From Candidatus Aenigmatarchaeota archaeon (GTDB taxonomy: Archaea; Aenigmatarchaeota; Aenigmatarchaeia; CG10238-14; SCSR01), in assembly GCA_016213525.1 (NCBI GenBank), contig JACRAE010000005.1:83405-143404 (forward strand): 60,000 bases of DNA, read 5' to 3'. Below are positions 35,053-44,860 of the stretch, piece by piece (position 1 is the stretch's first letter; each line of letters opens with the position of its first letter). The notes under the pieces were generated by a model. It was not told the DNA's origin and did no database searches. It saw nothing but the letters and a program-made list of their open reading frames with translations. Position numbers and translations under genes: made by a program.

Positions 35053-36540
35053 TTGGCTGAACAATTCTTGCTCTCATTCGCGCTGATAGCGGTAGCCATA
35101 GTCGGGGGCGGAATAGCCGCCATAAAGTTCAAGTTCCCACCGGTCGTCATATTGATACTTCTCGGGATAATACTCGGGCCGCACGTCATCGGCGTCGTCG
35201 AGGACGGCGAGAGCATCCGGCTGTTCTCGGAGATAGGCGGCATACTGCTGCTGTTCCTCATAGGGACCGAGTTCAGCTTCAACAAGATAATGAAGCTCGG
35301 CCTCAACTCGGTGATAGTCGCGGTCATAGAGCTCGGCCTGCTCTTCGTCATAGTTTACAGCATCGCAATGGTGCTCGGGTTCTCGTCCCTCACGTCGATG
35401 TTCATAGCGCTCGCCATAAGCGTCACCAGCACCGCGCTGACGGTGAAGATGCTGCAGGACCTCGGGCTCTCCAACAGGCAGGAGACGGCCCTCCTCATAG
35501 GCGTCTCCGTGATCGAGGACGTGGTCGCAGTCTTCGTGCTCGGAATACTCTCCAGCCTGGCCTCGGGCGCGGAGGTCACGCCGGAGACGGTAACGGTGTC
35601 CATAGCCAAGTCGATGTTCATTTTAATCCTGGCGTACATCGCAATCAGCAAAGCGATAGGTCACGTGCTGAAGACGCACGAGATCAACGAGGACAACATG
35701 CTGATGCTGGCCCTCGGGCTCGCCATGGGTCTGTCGTTCCTGGCCACCTACCTAGGTCTGTCTCCAGCCATAGGCGCGTTCGTTGCGGGAAACATAATAT
35801 CGTCCCTGCCCCAGGCCAAGGAGTTCAACAAGTCGATCCACAAGTTCGGCCTGCTCTTCATATCGATCTTCTTCCTCTCCATAGGGGTGCTGGTGGACCC
35901 GGGCAACATCGTCACGGAGTTCAGCCTCATAGTGCTGCTCCTAGGCCTGGCGGTCGTGGGCAAGTTCATCGGAGTGGGCATAGGGACCTACTTCGCCGGA
36001 TACTCGGGCGAGGCGGCGGTGTTCGCCGGCGTCGCCATGATGCCCATAGGGGAGATATCGCTGCTGATAGTAAAGACGGGGGTCGACCTGGGGGCGGTGC
36101 CCGCTTCATTCCTCGGGGCGACGGCCGTTCTCGTGCTGGTGACGGCCCTGATATCGTACCCGGCCATAGTCTACAACAGGAGCATCTATGGCTTCGTCGA
36201 CGCTCTCGTCCCGAAGAGGCTGAAGGAGGTCGGCAGGACGATAAGCGCCAGGATGTCCCACTACAGGTACCAGCTCTCCGTCGACGGTCCTTTGTTCAAG
36301 AAGATGACGTCCGGCAGGGGCGCCCTGCTGCTGCTGATAGGCTGCCCGGCGTTCTTCCTGATGGTGTTCTACCTGATGCCGACCTTCCTCGGGAAGAAGA
36401 TGACGCTGCTGATCGTCGGGCTCGTGATGGCGGCCGTGTTCGCGTTCCTGTACATGAGGAGCCGCAAGAACGCGCCGCAGCACTTCTCCTGGAAGAGGAG
36501 CGCGCCGAAGAAGATGAAGTACAAGTACAATCCGGCCTAG
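35053..36540 (+). CDS. CPA2 (Kef-type) cation:proton antiporter
   Basis: 'GIILGP', 'LLFLIG.EF', 'SVTSTA', 'IEDV', 'GAFVAG', 'FFLSIG', 'GE.S'; TTG start. Confidence 0.9.
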   Translation: MAEQFLLSFALIAVAIVGGGIAAIKFKFPPVVILILLGIILGPHVIGVVEDGESIRLFSEIGGILLLFLIGTEFSFNKIMKLGLNSVIVAVIELGLLFVIVYSIAMVLGFSSLTSMFIALAISVTSTALTVKMLQDLGLSNRQETALLIGVSVIEDVVAVFVLGILSSLASGAEVTPETVTVSIAKSMFILILAYIAISKAIGHVLKTHEINEDNMLMLALGLAMGLSFLATYLGLSPAIGAFVAGNIISSLPQAKEFNKSIHKFGLLFISIFFLSIGVLVDPGNIVTEFSLIVLLLGLAVVGKFIGVGIGTYFAGYSGEAAVFAGVAMMPIGEISLLIVKTGVDLGAVPASFLGATAVLVLVTALISYPAIVYNRSIYGFVDALVPKRLKEVGRTISARMSHYRYQLSVDGPLFKKMTSGRGALLLLIGCPAFFLMVFYLMPTFLGKKMTLLIVGLVMAAVFAFLYMRSRKNAPQHFSWKRSAPKKMKYKYNPA

Positions 36541-36576
36541 AAAAATCCCGGGGCGCATTCCAAGGAAAGCAAAATA

Positions 36577-37251
36577 TCATTTCTTAGTCTTCTTCATGCC
36601 GCGCACGACTGAGACGAGCTGCGCCGGCGTCCTCACGATGTAGTCGGTGCCGCGCCTCCTGAGGGCCGCCTCGTTGTTGTACCCCCAGGTGACCGATATG
36701 ATGGAGACCTTTCTCCTCCTCGCCGCGTTGATGTCCCTCACCTCGTCGCCGACGTACACCGCCTCGTCCGGCCTCATCTTTATCTCCCTCAGGGCGCGCT
36801 TCAGCATCTTGTGCTTTCCAAAAATGGAGCCGCCGGCGTAGACGAAGTCGAATATGTCCAGGTCGTTGTTCCTCAGGAAAATTCTGACGTTGTCCTTCGA
36901 GTTCAGGGTGAGTATGCCGATCTTGAACCCCATCTTCTTTATCTTGAGCAGGGCGCCCCTCACGCCGACCGTCGCCTTCAGGCGACCCATGTCCTCCCCC
37001 ATCATCTTCCTGGCCTTGCTGACGAGGAACGGCAGCACGAATATCGATATCTTCATCCGCCTGACCACCCTCTCCAGGTCCTCCCCCCTCAAAATCTTAA
37101 TCTCTTTTGCGGTAATCTTCCTGTAACCGTTCTCTTCCGCGAGCCTGTTGAATATCGCGACCGTCTCGTCCATGGTGTCGGCTATCGTGCCGTCGAAGTC
37201 GAATATCACGACCCTCTTCTCAGAGCTTCTCTTCCTGAAAAATCCCAGCAA
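36577..37251 (-). CDS. HAD-family hydrolase (phosphoglycolate phosphatase-like)
   Basis: 'IFDFDGTIADT', 'YVGDEVRDI.AA', 'VTWGYN'. Confidence 0.88.
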   Translation of the reverse strand: MLGFFRKRSSEKRVVIFDFDGTIADTMDETVAIFNRLAEENGYRKITAKEIKILRGEDLERVVRRMKISIFVLPFLVSKARKMMGEDMGRLKATVGVRGALLKIKKMGFKIGILTLNSKDNVRIFLRNNDLDIFDFVYAGGSIFGKHKMLKRALREIKMRPDEAVYVGDEVRDINAARRRKVSIISVTWGYNNEAALRRRGTDYIVRTPAQLVSVVRGMKKTKK

Positions 37252-37255
37252 GAAA

Positions 37256-38440
37256 TTACCTCGTTACCTCGGAGCTCTTGACCAGGTTGTAGAGGCGCCC
37301 CGCCTTCTCGCTCTTCTCGAAGTGCCTCCTGACCGGCATTATGATCTTGTCCAGGCTCTGGGCAGTCGACGCCTTCAGGTCCATCGGGTGCAGCTTGCCC
37401 GCGACGAAGTCCCTCTCCATCTCCCCGTAGGACCTGTAGACGACATCCCCGCCGAACTTCTTGTCCCTCTCGACCGTGACCCTCTTCAGGGCCTTGAAGA
37501 CTATGTACCTGTTGTACTCGAGTATCGGGTTGTTCTCCGCCACGCCGACCGGGCAGAACGCCTTCGCCAGCTTCCTCTTTATCTCGTCCGCGGTGTCGTG
37601 CACGAAGATGGCGGTGTCGGGCTTGCTCTTGCTCATCTTGGACGTTATCTGGAAGTTGAACTTCGAGTTATCGTCGAATTGGTTCACCACTCCCCCCACG
37701 CCGACCCTGTACGTCCCGGGGGGCACCCCCTGCACGTCCTTCTTCAAAATCTCTATGTGAGCCTTGCCCTCCTCGACCTTGTGCTCCGCCGGAATTATAG
37801 CGTCCAGCCCCCTGAGCAGGTGGTGGCTGACTATGACGGGCTTCCTCCACCCCATTTTTTCTGCAACTTCCCTCGCCAGTATCCCGCACCTCCTCTGGTC
37901 GAGGCCGAGCTGGGCTATGTCGACGTCCAGGTGGAACGCGTCGGCCGCCTGCATCATCGGGTAGAATATCTGCGCCGTGTCCTTCATGTCGCCCTGCTTC
38001 CTGCCCATTATCGTGACTGCTCGCTCGGCCCTGTTCAGCGTGGTGCTCTTCGCGACGAGTATGACCTTCTTCCAGTACTCCTCGTCTGAAACGAGGTCGC
38101 TCGCCCAGATGATTTCCACCTTCTTCACTCCGGCCGCCTTCCACACCTCGACGAAGTACTCGCCGGTCTTCTGTATCGCCTCGAGGTCTCCGCCCATCTT
38201 GTTGTTTATCCACGCGTGCCAGTCCGCTATCAAAATCTTGAATTTTATCCCGGCCCTCTGGAGGTCCGCCAGGTTTATGGCGCGCAGTATCCCGGAGCCC
38301 AGGTGCGCGAAGCCGCTCGGCTCGAACCCGTCATATGCCGTGGGACGGGCCTTCTCCTGCAGCAGCTTCAGGAGCTCGCCCTCCGTGACGATCTCCTCCG
38401 CCATCCCCCTGACCAGTTCCAATCTCTTCTCGGGCGTCAT
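37256..38440 (-). CDS. tyrS: Tyrosine--tRNA ligase
   Basis: 'AYDGFEPSG.AHLG', 'ADWHA', 'YPMMQAAD', 'GLDQRR', KMSKS, 'LHPMDLK'. Confidence 0.96.
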   Translation of the reverse strand: MTPEKRLELVRGMAEEIVTEGELLKLLQEKARPTAYDGFEPSGFAHLGSGILRAINLADLQRAGIKFKILIADWHAWINNKMGGDLEAIQKTGEYFVEVWKAAGVKKVEIIWASDLVSDEEYWKKVILVAKSTTLNRAERAVTIMGRKQGDMKDTAQIFYPMMQAADAFHLDVDIAQLGLDQRRCGILAREVAEKMGWRKPVIVSHHLLRGLDAIIPAEHKVEEGKAHIEILKKDVQGVPPGTYRVGVGGVVNQFDDNSKFNFQITSKMSKSKPDTAIFVHDTADEIKRKLAKAFCPVGVAENNPILEYNRYIVFKALKRVTVERDKKFGGDVVYRSYGEMERDFVAGKLHPMDLKASTAQSLDKIIMPVRRHFEKSEKAGRLYNLVKSSEVTR

Positions 38441-38572
38441 TGTCTTCCGTTAATTATTCGGGGCTTCAGGTTAATTATCGTTTCTGAGGAGTTTTTCGGC
38501 GCGTTTTTTCGCCGGACGGGGTCACGGATACCTTTTAATATCTCGTTTTTCGATTTAATTTAGAGATTGAAC

Positions 38573-38845
38573 ATGCCAGTGAAGAAGAACGCAAAGTCCA
38601 AGGCCTCCGGCGGGAGGAAGGTCAGGGTCAACAAGGACCTGAAGAAGCTCGAGAAGGACATCGTCAAGAAGCAGGGCAAGATGACCGAGGCCCAGTTCGA
38701 GGCGGAGGAGAGGAAGATCCTCGAGGACAGGAGGAACAACGTCAAGGGCATGGGCATAGAGAAGGAAGAGGAAGCCGGCGAGGAGCCGTACCCTGAGATA
38801 GCAGAGGCCCTGAAGGACTCGGACGAGTCGGAAGAGGAAGAGTAA
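38573..38845 (+). CDS. Small charge-segregated hypothetical protein
   Basis: Basic N-terminus, acidic C-terminus; genome-typical codon use; upstream TTTTAATA. Confidence 0.6.
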   Translation: MPVKKNAKSKASGGRKVRVNKDLKKLEKDIVKKQGKMTEAQFEAEERKILEDRRNNVKGMGIEKEEEAGEEPYPEIAEALKDSDESEEEE

Positions 38846-38870
38846 GATTTTTTTTGTGGTGTTTTGAAAA

Positions 38871-40151
38871 ATGGTACAGCTTACGTTTTTAGGGGCGATG
38901 TGCGAGGTCGGCGCGAGCGGGATGGTCCTTGAGAACCAGAGCTCCCGCGTGCTGATGGACTACGGCGCGTCGACCGAGGTCACGCCAGCCAGGCCCCCGC
39001 TCCCGTGCGGCAAGGTCAGCTCCGTGATTCTGTCCCACGCCCACGTCGACCACTGCGGCAGCCTGCCGATGGTCACGAAGGAAAGCAACGCGCCGATATT
39101 CGCCGCGCCGTGCACGAGGGAGATAACGGAGATGCTCCTCTACGACTCGCTGAAGATCAACATGCAGGCGGCGGGCACCCTCGAGGGCGCCAGCCTGCCG
39201 TTCGTCAAGGACGACGTCAAGAGGACGGTCAGCAACTTCCGCGACATCCCCTACAGGAGGCCGTTCTCGCTTCCGGGCGGTTCGAGGGCCACGCTGTTCG
39301 ACGCGGGCCACATACCGGGCAGCGCCATGACGCTGGTCGAGATGGACGGCAAGAATTTCTTATACGCCGGCAACTACAACGGCATCGACACCAGGCTGCT
39401 GAAGAAGTGCGACCTCGACCTGCCGAGGGTCGACTACCTCATCACGGAGTCGACGTACAGCGACCGCGACCACCCCGACAGGAGGAGCCAGGAGAAGGAG
39501 CTCGTCGAGATGGTGGAGCAGACCGTTGGGAACGGCGGCATAGCGCTGATACCGTCCTTCGCGGTGGGGAGGGCGCAGGAACTGCTCTTGATATTGGAGC
39601 AGGAGGGCATCGACTATCCGGTCTTCATGGACGGCATGGCGAAGAAGGCCTCGACCATAATCAACCGCCACAAGGAGCAGCTGAGGGACCCGAAGGAGCT
39701 CGACGACACGCTCAGGAAGGTCAAGTACGTCACGACGCAGCAGCACAGGGCCAAGGTCGTGAAGGAGCCTTGCGCGATCATAACCACGTCCGGCATGCTC
39801 AGCGGGGGACCTACGAACTCGTACATGAAGATGCTCCACGACGACGACAACTCATCTCTCATTTTGACGGGCTGGCAGGCGCACGACAGCCCAGGCAAGC
39901 TGCTGCTGGAGACGGGCCGCTACATCAACGAGGAGGAGAAGGTGGACGTCGAGGTCAGGATGCGCGTGCGCAGGCTCGACTTCTCGGCCCACATAGGCAG
40001 GACCGACATGTGGAACTTCATCAAGCAGCTGAACCCGAAGACGACGTTCTGCGTGCACGGCGACCACACCGAGGAGTTCGCGCGCGAGCTCAACGAGAAG
40101 GGCTTCAACGCCGTGGCCCCGATAGCCAACGACAGGATATTCAAGTTCTGA
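38871..40151 (+). CDS. MBL-fold beta-CASP ribonuclease (aCPSF-like, no KH domain)
   Basis: 'FLGA..EVG.S', 'SHAHVDH.G', 'AGHIPGS', 'ESTY', 'P.FAVGRAQE', 'FSAH', 'VHG'. Confidence 0.93.
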   Translation: MVQLTFLGAMCEVGASGMVLENQSSRVLMDYGASTEVTPARPPLPCGKVSSVILSHAHVDHCGSLPMVTKESNAPIFAAPCTREITEMLLYDSLKINMQAAGTLEGASLPFVKDDVKRTVSNFRDIPYRRPFSLPGGSRATLFDAGHIPGSAMTLVEMDGKNFLYAGNYNGIDTRLLKKCDLDLPRVDYLITESTYSDRDHPDRRSQEKELVEMVEQTVGNGGIALIPSFAVGRAQELLLILEQEGIDYPVFMDGMAKKASTIINRHKEQLRDPKELDDTLRKVKYVTTQQHRAKVVKEPCAIITTSGMLSGGPTNSYMKMLHDDDNSSLILTGWQAHDSPGKLLLETGRYINEEEKVDVEVRMRVRRLDFSAHIGRTDMWNFIKQLNPKTTFCVHGDHTEEFARELNEKGFNAVAPIANDRIFKF

Positions 40152-40157
40152 GGATTC

Positions 40158-40550
40158 TCATCGCGTGTAGTTCGGCCTTCCGGCGAAGACCTTCCTCTCC
40201 GGCCTTATCGCTATGGTGTAGCTCTCCGGGGACTCCATGCCTGCCGGCACGAGAGCCTTCGCCATGTTGGTCGTGAGGCTCGGCTTGGTGTACCATCCCC
40301 CTCTCCTCAGGTTCTTCTTGAACTGACCCTCGTATATCGGCCTGCCGTACCTGTGGGATATCGCCATCAGGTCCTGATAGGGCAGGGCCGCGCCGACCTT
40401 CAGCGAGTGCGCCGGCAGCTTCCTCGGGTCGAACTTTCCCAGGGGCGCCCCTTCGAGCCGCCTGTCCACCTCGGTGGAGAACTTCGCGACGTCCTCTATC
40501 GAGTAGAAGAACGTCTTCTTGCCCTTCACAAACGTCACCATCGCTTCCAT
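40158..40550 (-). CDS. Hypothetical protein
   Basis: 130-aa ORF from the ATG at 40550; divergent TATA-like tatttaa near 40573. Confidence 0.5.
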   Translation of the reverse strand: MEAMVTFVKGKKTFFYSIEDVAKFSTEVDRRLEGAPLGKFDPRKLPAHSLKVGAALPYQDLMAISHRYGRPIYEGQFKKNLRRGGWYTKPSLTTNMAKALVPAGMESPESYTIAIRPERKVFAGRPNYTR

Positions 40551-40614
40551 ATTGAAGAGGAGTAAACAACGGTATTTAAGCTTTTCGCTACTAGATGATA
40601 GTAACGTGATACAA

Positions 40615-40800
40615 ATGAGGGAACTGGAGAGACACATAGGCATGTGCGCGAGGCACCACGCCAAGTTCAGGAGGATGGCCGGGTACGCCAGGACCGAGGC
40701 CGAGAGGGACGTGTTGCTGGAGAGGGCGGACTTCTGGATCAAGAAGCAGGACGCGCTGGTCACGGCGTTCGACGCGTCGAAGAAGTTCGGCGGGAAGTAG
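40615..40800 (+). CDS. Small hypothetical protein (61 aa)
   Basis: ATG ORF with typical codon use, filling the gap. Confidence 0.45.
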   Translation: MRELERHIGMCARHHAKFRRMAGYARTEAERDVLLERADFWIKKQDALVTAFDASKKFGGK

Positions 40801-40848
40801 TTTCCCGCAATAGTTAGTTTAATGTTCTGCCGAGACGAGATACTGTAG

Positions 40849-42051
40849 ATGGGAAAGAAGACAGTGTTCATTGTGGTCGACGGGATGGCCGACCTCCCGA
40901 TAGGGAAGGAGGAGAGGACCCCGCTCACCGAGGCGAAGAAGCCCAACATAGACTGGTTCGCGAAGAACGGCGCCACAGGCCAGCTAACCGTCATACCCGA
41001 CAAGATGTGGAACGACCTGGCGAGCGCCAGCATAAGCCACAAGGCCGCAATCTCGCTCTTGGGCTACAACGTGGCCAAGTTCGACGTGAAGAGGGGCCCG
41101 CTCGAGGCGGTCGGGGCGGACATACCGTACCAGGACGGCCACCTCGCGCTCAGGTGCAACTTCGCCACCGTCGACAAGAACATGGTGGTGACGGACAGGC
41201 GCGCGGGCAGGTCGACCAAAGGGCTGGCCGAGCTGGCGCGCTACATCAACGAGCACGTAGACATAGGGGCGCCGTTCAACTTCATGCGCACGTACGGACA
41301 CAGGGCCGTGCTCGTCGTGAAGATGGGGCTGACCGACAAGATAGTGACGAACGACCCCCTCGTCACGGGCAGGCCGGTGCAGAAGATATCCGGGCCGGGC
41401 GCGGAGGGCGTGGTGAGCTCGAAGATACTGCAGAACTTCGCCGACAAGACGCACCAGCTGATCGAGTACCACCCCATCAACTCGGAGAGGATGGCGGCCG
41501 GCGTGCCGGCGGCGAACTACATACTTTTGAGGGAGCCGGGGAACGGCATTAAGAGACTCACGCCGGAGTTCGGCAAGAGGTTCGGCGTGAAGGCGATGTG
41601 CATATGCGAGCTCGGCGCCGTGAGGGGCGCGTGCCTGATGGCCGGGTTCGACGCGGTGACCGTCCCGGAGATGCCGTTCGAGGACACGCTTGACTTCATC
41701 TTCGAGAACGCAGACGTCGCTCTGGAGGACCACGACTTCGTGTTCATCCACATCAAGGGCCCCATAGACGAGGCGTCGCACGACGGCGACTTCGAGGCGA
41801 AGAGGAGGGCCATCGAGAAGATAGACGAGAGGATGGCGAGGTTCAAGAAGTTCGACGGCATCGTGGTGATGACGACGGACCACATAACCTCGACCGAGAG
41901 GAAGTCCCACATGCCGGGCAAGGTGCCCTTGATGGTGTGGGGCAGGGCGAAGGACGCGACCGCGAAGTTCGACGAGGCGACGGCGAAGAGGGGCAAGCTG
42001 AAGAACTGCAGCCCGTTCCAGCTGATGAAGTTCGTGTTCGGGAAGAAGTGA
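40849..42051 (+). CDS. apgM: Cofactor-independent phosphoglycerate mutase (archaeal type)
   Basis: 'VDGMADLP', 'TPL..A.KPNID', 'RGPLEA.G', 'LALRCNFAT', 'DEASHDG', 'TTDH'. Confidence 0.92.
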   Translation: MGKKTVFIVVDGMADLPIGKEERTPLTEAKKPNIDWFAKNGATGQLTVIPDKMWNDLASASISHKAAISLLGYNVAKFDVKRGPLEAVGADIPYQDGHLALRCNFATVDKNMVVTDRRAGRSTKGLAELARYINEHVDIGAPFNFMRTYGHRAVLVVKMGLTDKIVTNDPLVTGRPVQKISGPGAEGVVSSKILQNFADKTHQLIEYHPINSERMAAGVPAANYILLREPGNGIKRLTPEFGKRFGVKAMCICELGAVRGACLMAGFDAVTVPEMPFEDTLDFIFENADVALEDHDFVFIHIKGPIDEASHDGDFEAKRRAIEKIDERMARFKKFDGIVVMTTDHITSTERKSHMPGKVPLMVWGRAKDATAKFDEATAKRGKLKNCSPFQLMKFVFGKK

Positions 42052-42061
42052 GCCTGGTACC

Positions 42062-43312
42062 ATGAGAGTGCTCGAGATGCGCGCGAGGAAGGTCCTCGCC
42101 ACCAACTCCGTTCCAACCGTAGAGATAGAGCTGAGGACCGAGAAGGGCACGGTCCGGGCGTCGTCGCCGATGGGCACGAGCACGGGGAAGTACGAGTCCT
42201 ACCAGATGCCCGCGGACGACGCGCTGAGGAGGTTCAGCGTCATCAGGAGGTCGTTCACGGCGTCGGAGTTCTCCGGCCAGAGGGACCTCGACAAGGTCCT
42301 GCGCGAGGTCGACAGCACGTCGTACTTCCGCGAGATAGGCGCGAACATGGCGGTCGCCATATCCGGCGCCTTCCTCAAGGCGTTCGCGCTCGAGAAGGGC
42401 GTCGAGGTCTGGAGGTACGTCGCGAAGGAGTACGGGACGAAGCCTGCGATACCCGCGCCGCTCTGCAACGTCGTCGGCGGCTGGAAGGGGCAGAGCGAGT
42501 TCCAGGAGTTCCTGTTTTTGCCGGTGCACCAGAAGTCCTTCGCGGACTCCGTGTTCAAGATAACGGAGGCGTACCAGAGGCTCGGCGACGCGCTGAAGGC
42601 GAGGGACGGCAGGTTCAACTATTCGAAGAACCTGGAGTCGGGGTGGGTCACGCACCTCGGTTACAACGAGATACTCGAGGAGATGAAGAAGATCGCCGAC
42701 GACATGTTTTTGAAGATAGGGCTCGACGTTGCGGCTTCGCAGTTCTACAAGGACGGCCACTACGTCTACCGCGGCGTGAGGATGAACTCGCACGAGCAGT
42801 ACGACTTCCTCGAGGGGATAGTGAGGAAATTCCCGGTATTCTACATCGAGGACCCGTTCCAGGAGGACGATTGGCTGAGCTTCTCCACCGCGGTCACGAG
42901 GTGGCAGCCGAGGATTGTGTGCGGGGACGACTTCTACGCCACGAGGCTCCACAGGCTGCTGAGCAGCATCGACAGGAAGTCGACGAACGGCGCTATAGTG
43001 AAGCCGAACCAGATAGGCACCATGACGGACACGATAGAGTTCGCAAAGGAGGCGCAGAAGCATGGCCTCGTCACGGTGCTCTCGCACAGGTCGGGCGAGA
43101 CGGACGAGAGCCTCATATCTCACCTCGCGGTCGGAATCGGGTGCGAGTACGCCAAGTTCGGGATATCCGGCGAGAGGGTCGTGAAGCTGAACGAGATCAT
43201 CCGCATAGAGGAGAGGATCAACCAGGAGCCGCAGGAGCAGGTCGGGCCGGCGTCGGAGCTCTCCCAGATGATGAGGGAGAAGATTAGGCAGCTCAAGATG
43301 CCGCCCCAGTAG
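42062..43312 (+). CDS. eno: Enolase, divergent
   Basis: 'PTVE', 'GTSTG', 'QEF', 'GLDVAAS', 'IEDPF.EDD', 'GDD', 'KPNQIG', 'SHRSGET', 'ERV.KLNE..RIEE'. Confidence 0.9.
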   Translation: MRVLEMRARKVLATNSVPTVEIELRTEKGTVRASSPMGTSTGKYESYQMPADDALRRFSVIRRSFTASEFSGQRDLDKVLREVDSTSYFREIGANMAVAISGAFLKAFALEKGVEVWRYVAKEYGTKPAIPAPLCNVVGGWKGQSEFQEFLFLPVHQKSFADSVFKITEAYQRLGDALKARDGRFNYSKNLESGWVTHLGYNEILEEMKKIADDMFLKIGLDVAASQFYKDGHYVYRGVRMNSHEQYDFLEGIVRKFPVFYIEDPFQEDDWLSFSTAVTRWQPRIVCGDDFYATRLHRLLSSIDRKSTNGAIVKPNQIGTMTDTIEFAKEAQKHGLVTVLSHRSGETDESLISHLAVGIGCEYAKFGISGERVVKLNEIIRIEERINQEPQEQVGPASELSQMMREKIRQLKMPPQ

Positions 43313-43349
43313 CGGACGATTAATCCTCCCGAGTGCAATATACATACAG

Positions 43350-43793
43350 ATGCCCTACAACAGACCCACTTCGATGAGGGACTGCACGCCGGACGTTAAG
43401 GTCATGTCCGTGTACACGGACGATTTTTTCCTGGGCAGCAGGTACGGGAGGAAGCAGGTGCTCGTCGGGCAGCAGACCCTGGTCCAGGAGATGTGGGACC
43501 CCAGGAACTCGCTCATGGAGGACCTGACTCGCGGCTCGAGGCCGCCCGGGAGCATAGTCGTCGAGTTCAAGCCGCCGGAGAGGATACGCGTGGGCCCGTA
43601 CGACGTGGGCTCGATAAGGACCATGCTCGTCGGGGTCGAGGACGCGTGGATACACGACGAGGGCGCGGTGTACGCGCCGAGGGACTTCGCGGAGAAGTTC
43701 TACTTCAAGGACAGGACCATAATCATAAGGCCGGTGATCCCCGACTTCGGCCGCAACAGGATCAGCCAAGAATCTCTAAGACTTTTGCGTTGA
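43350..43793 (+). CDS. Hypothetical protein
   Basis: 147-aa ORF with typical codon use; no family recognised. Confidence 0.55.
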   Translation: MPYNRPTSMRDCTPDVKVMSVYTDDFFLGSRYGRKQVLVGQQTLVQEMWDPRNSLMEDLTRGSRPPGSIVVEFKPPERIRVGPYDVGSIRTMLVGVEDAWIHDEGAVYAPRDFAEKFYFKDRTIIIRPVIPDFGRNRISQESLRLLR

Positions 43794-43953
43794 CGATTAT
43801 CTCGCCGCCGGTCGGCTTGGCCATCTCCATCCCGCAGCCCGTGCAGACGATGACGGTGGCCGCCTTGTTGTAGATGACCTGCTCGTTCTTGCACTTCTTG
43901 CACATGACGTGGATGAACCTGCTCTTCGGCGCTTGCACTATTGATTTTGACAT
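43762..43953 (-). CDS. rps27e: 30S ribosomal protein eS27
   Basis: 'PKSRFI.V.CKKC.NEQ', 'CTGCG', 'PTGG'. Confidence 0.95.
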   Translation of the reverse strand: MSKSIVQAPKSRFIHVMCKKCKNEQVIYNKAATVIVCTGCGMEMAKPTGGEIIVNAKVLEILG

Positions 43954-43956
43954 AAC

Positions 43957-44241
43957 TTACATCCTCACTATCTCGAACTTCTTCACGCGGAAGCCCTTGC
44001 CGTGCAGGTGCTTCTTCTTGCAGACGCTGCACTTGAACCTGAGGTCCAGCCTGCGCGTCGACTTCTCCCTTCCTTTGGGGTTCTCCCTGGGGAACGACCC
44101 GTAGCCGAGGAGCTTCCTGTTGAATATCCTTTGGCCGTGCGTGAGCTCGCCTCTGGGCTTCTTCTTCGCTATCTCCACGGTCGCCTCGGTGTGCTTCTTG
44201 CACGTCGGGCAGAACATGTGCGGCTTCTGCGGGAATTTCAT
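43957..44241 (-). CDS. rpl44e: 50S ribosomal protein eL42 (L44e)
   Basis: 'FCPTCKKHT', 'GQR', 'GYG', 'LDLRFKC..C.K', 'GFR.KKFE'. Confidence 0.95.
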   Translation of the reverse strand: MKFPQKPHMFCPTCKKHTEATVEIAKKKPRGELTHGQRIFNRKLLGYGSFPRENPKGREKSTRRLDLRFKCSVCKKKHLHGKGFRVKKFEIVRM

Positions 44242-44296
44242 ACAATCACTTCATTGTAGTGATTATTATAGGTTTAAATAATTAGTCCGGGGCGTC

Positions 44297-44833
44297 CTAC
44301 TTCGAGACCTTGAACTGCTCGACCATTCCCTGGTCGATGAGGAGCTTCGTGTTGTCGTCCGGGAGCTTGGCTATGTCGCCCTTCTTGAACGGCCCGTACG
44401 GCTTCATGTCCGCGCCCATGAACTCCGGCACCTCGTCCTTGAAAACTACCATGCCCCCCTCCTCCAGCTTCTCCGAGACGAATATGTTCTTCAGTTTGCT
44501 GTCCCTCCTCTGCTTGATCGATATCTTCACCAGGTCGAAGAAGTCCCTCTCCTCCTGGGTCATGCCCTCCGGCAGTATGTTGGTGCGCGCGGCGTTCACC
44601 GCTGCCGTGACGACCTTCCTCTCGCGCCTGTCGAACACGTCCTCCACCAGGCGCTCTATGCTCTTCAGCTCCAGGACGCCCTTCCTGTCCTCCTTGACCA
44701 TCTGCTTCTTCTGGTCCATGTACGAGGCCACTGCAGAATAGAAGTTGTCGGGCATCTTCGCCAGCTTCGGCGACTTCTGCTCCTCCCTCTGAATTCGCCT
44801 TATGAGCTCGAAGGTTATAGTTTCGTCGGACAC
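44297..44833 (-). CDS. GINS complex subunit (Gins51/Gins15)
   Basis: 'L.K.P.NFY', 'RRERKV', B-domain 'VPEFMG.DMK.YGPFKKGDIA.LP..N'; sits between primase and L44e. Confidence 0.88.
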   Translation of the reverse strand: MSDETITFELIRRIQREEQKSPKLAKMPDNFYSAVASYMDQKKQMVKEDRKGVLELKSIERLVEDVFDRRERKVVTAAVNAARTNILPEGMTQEERDFFDLVKISIKQRRDSKLKNIFVSEKLEEGGMVVFKDEVPEFMGADMKPYGPFKKGDIAKLPDDNTKLLIDQGMVEQFKVSK

Positions 44834-44860
44834 GTTACCATGTGTTGCTTGGTTCTTTGG

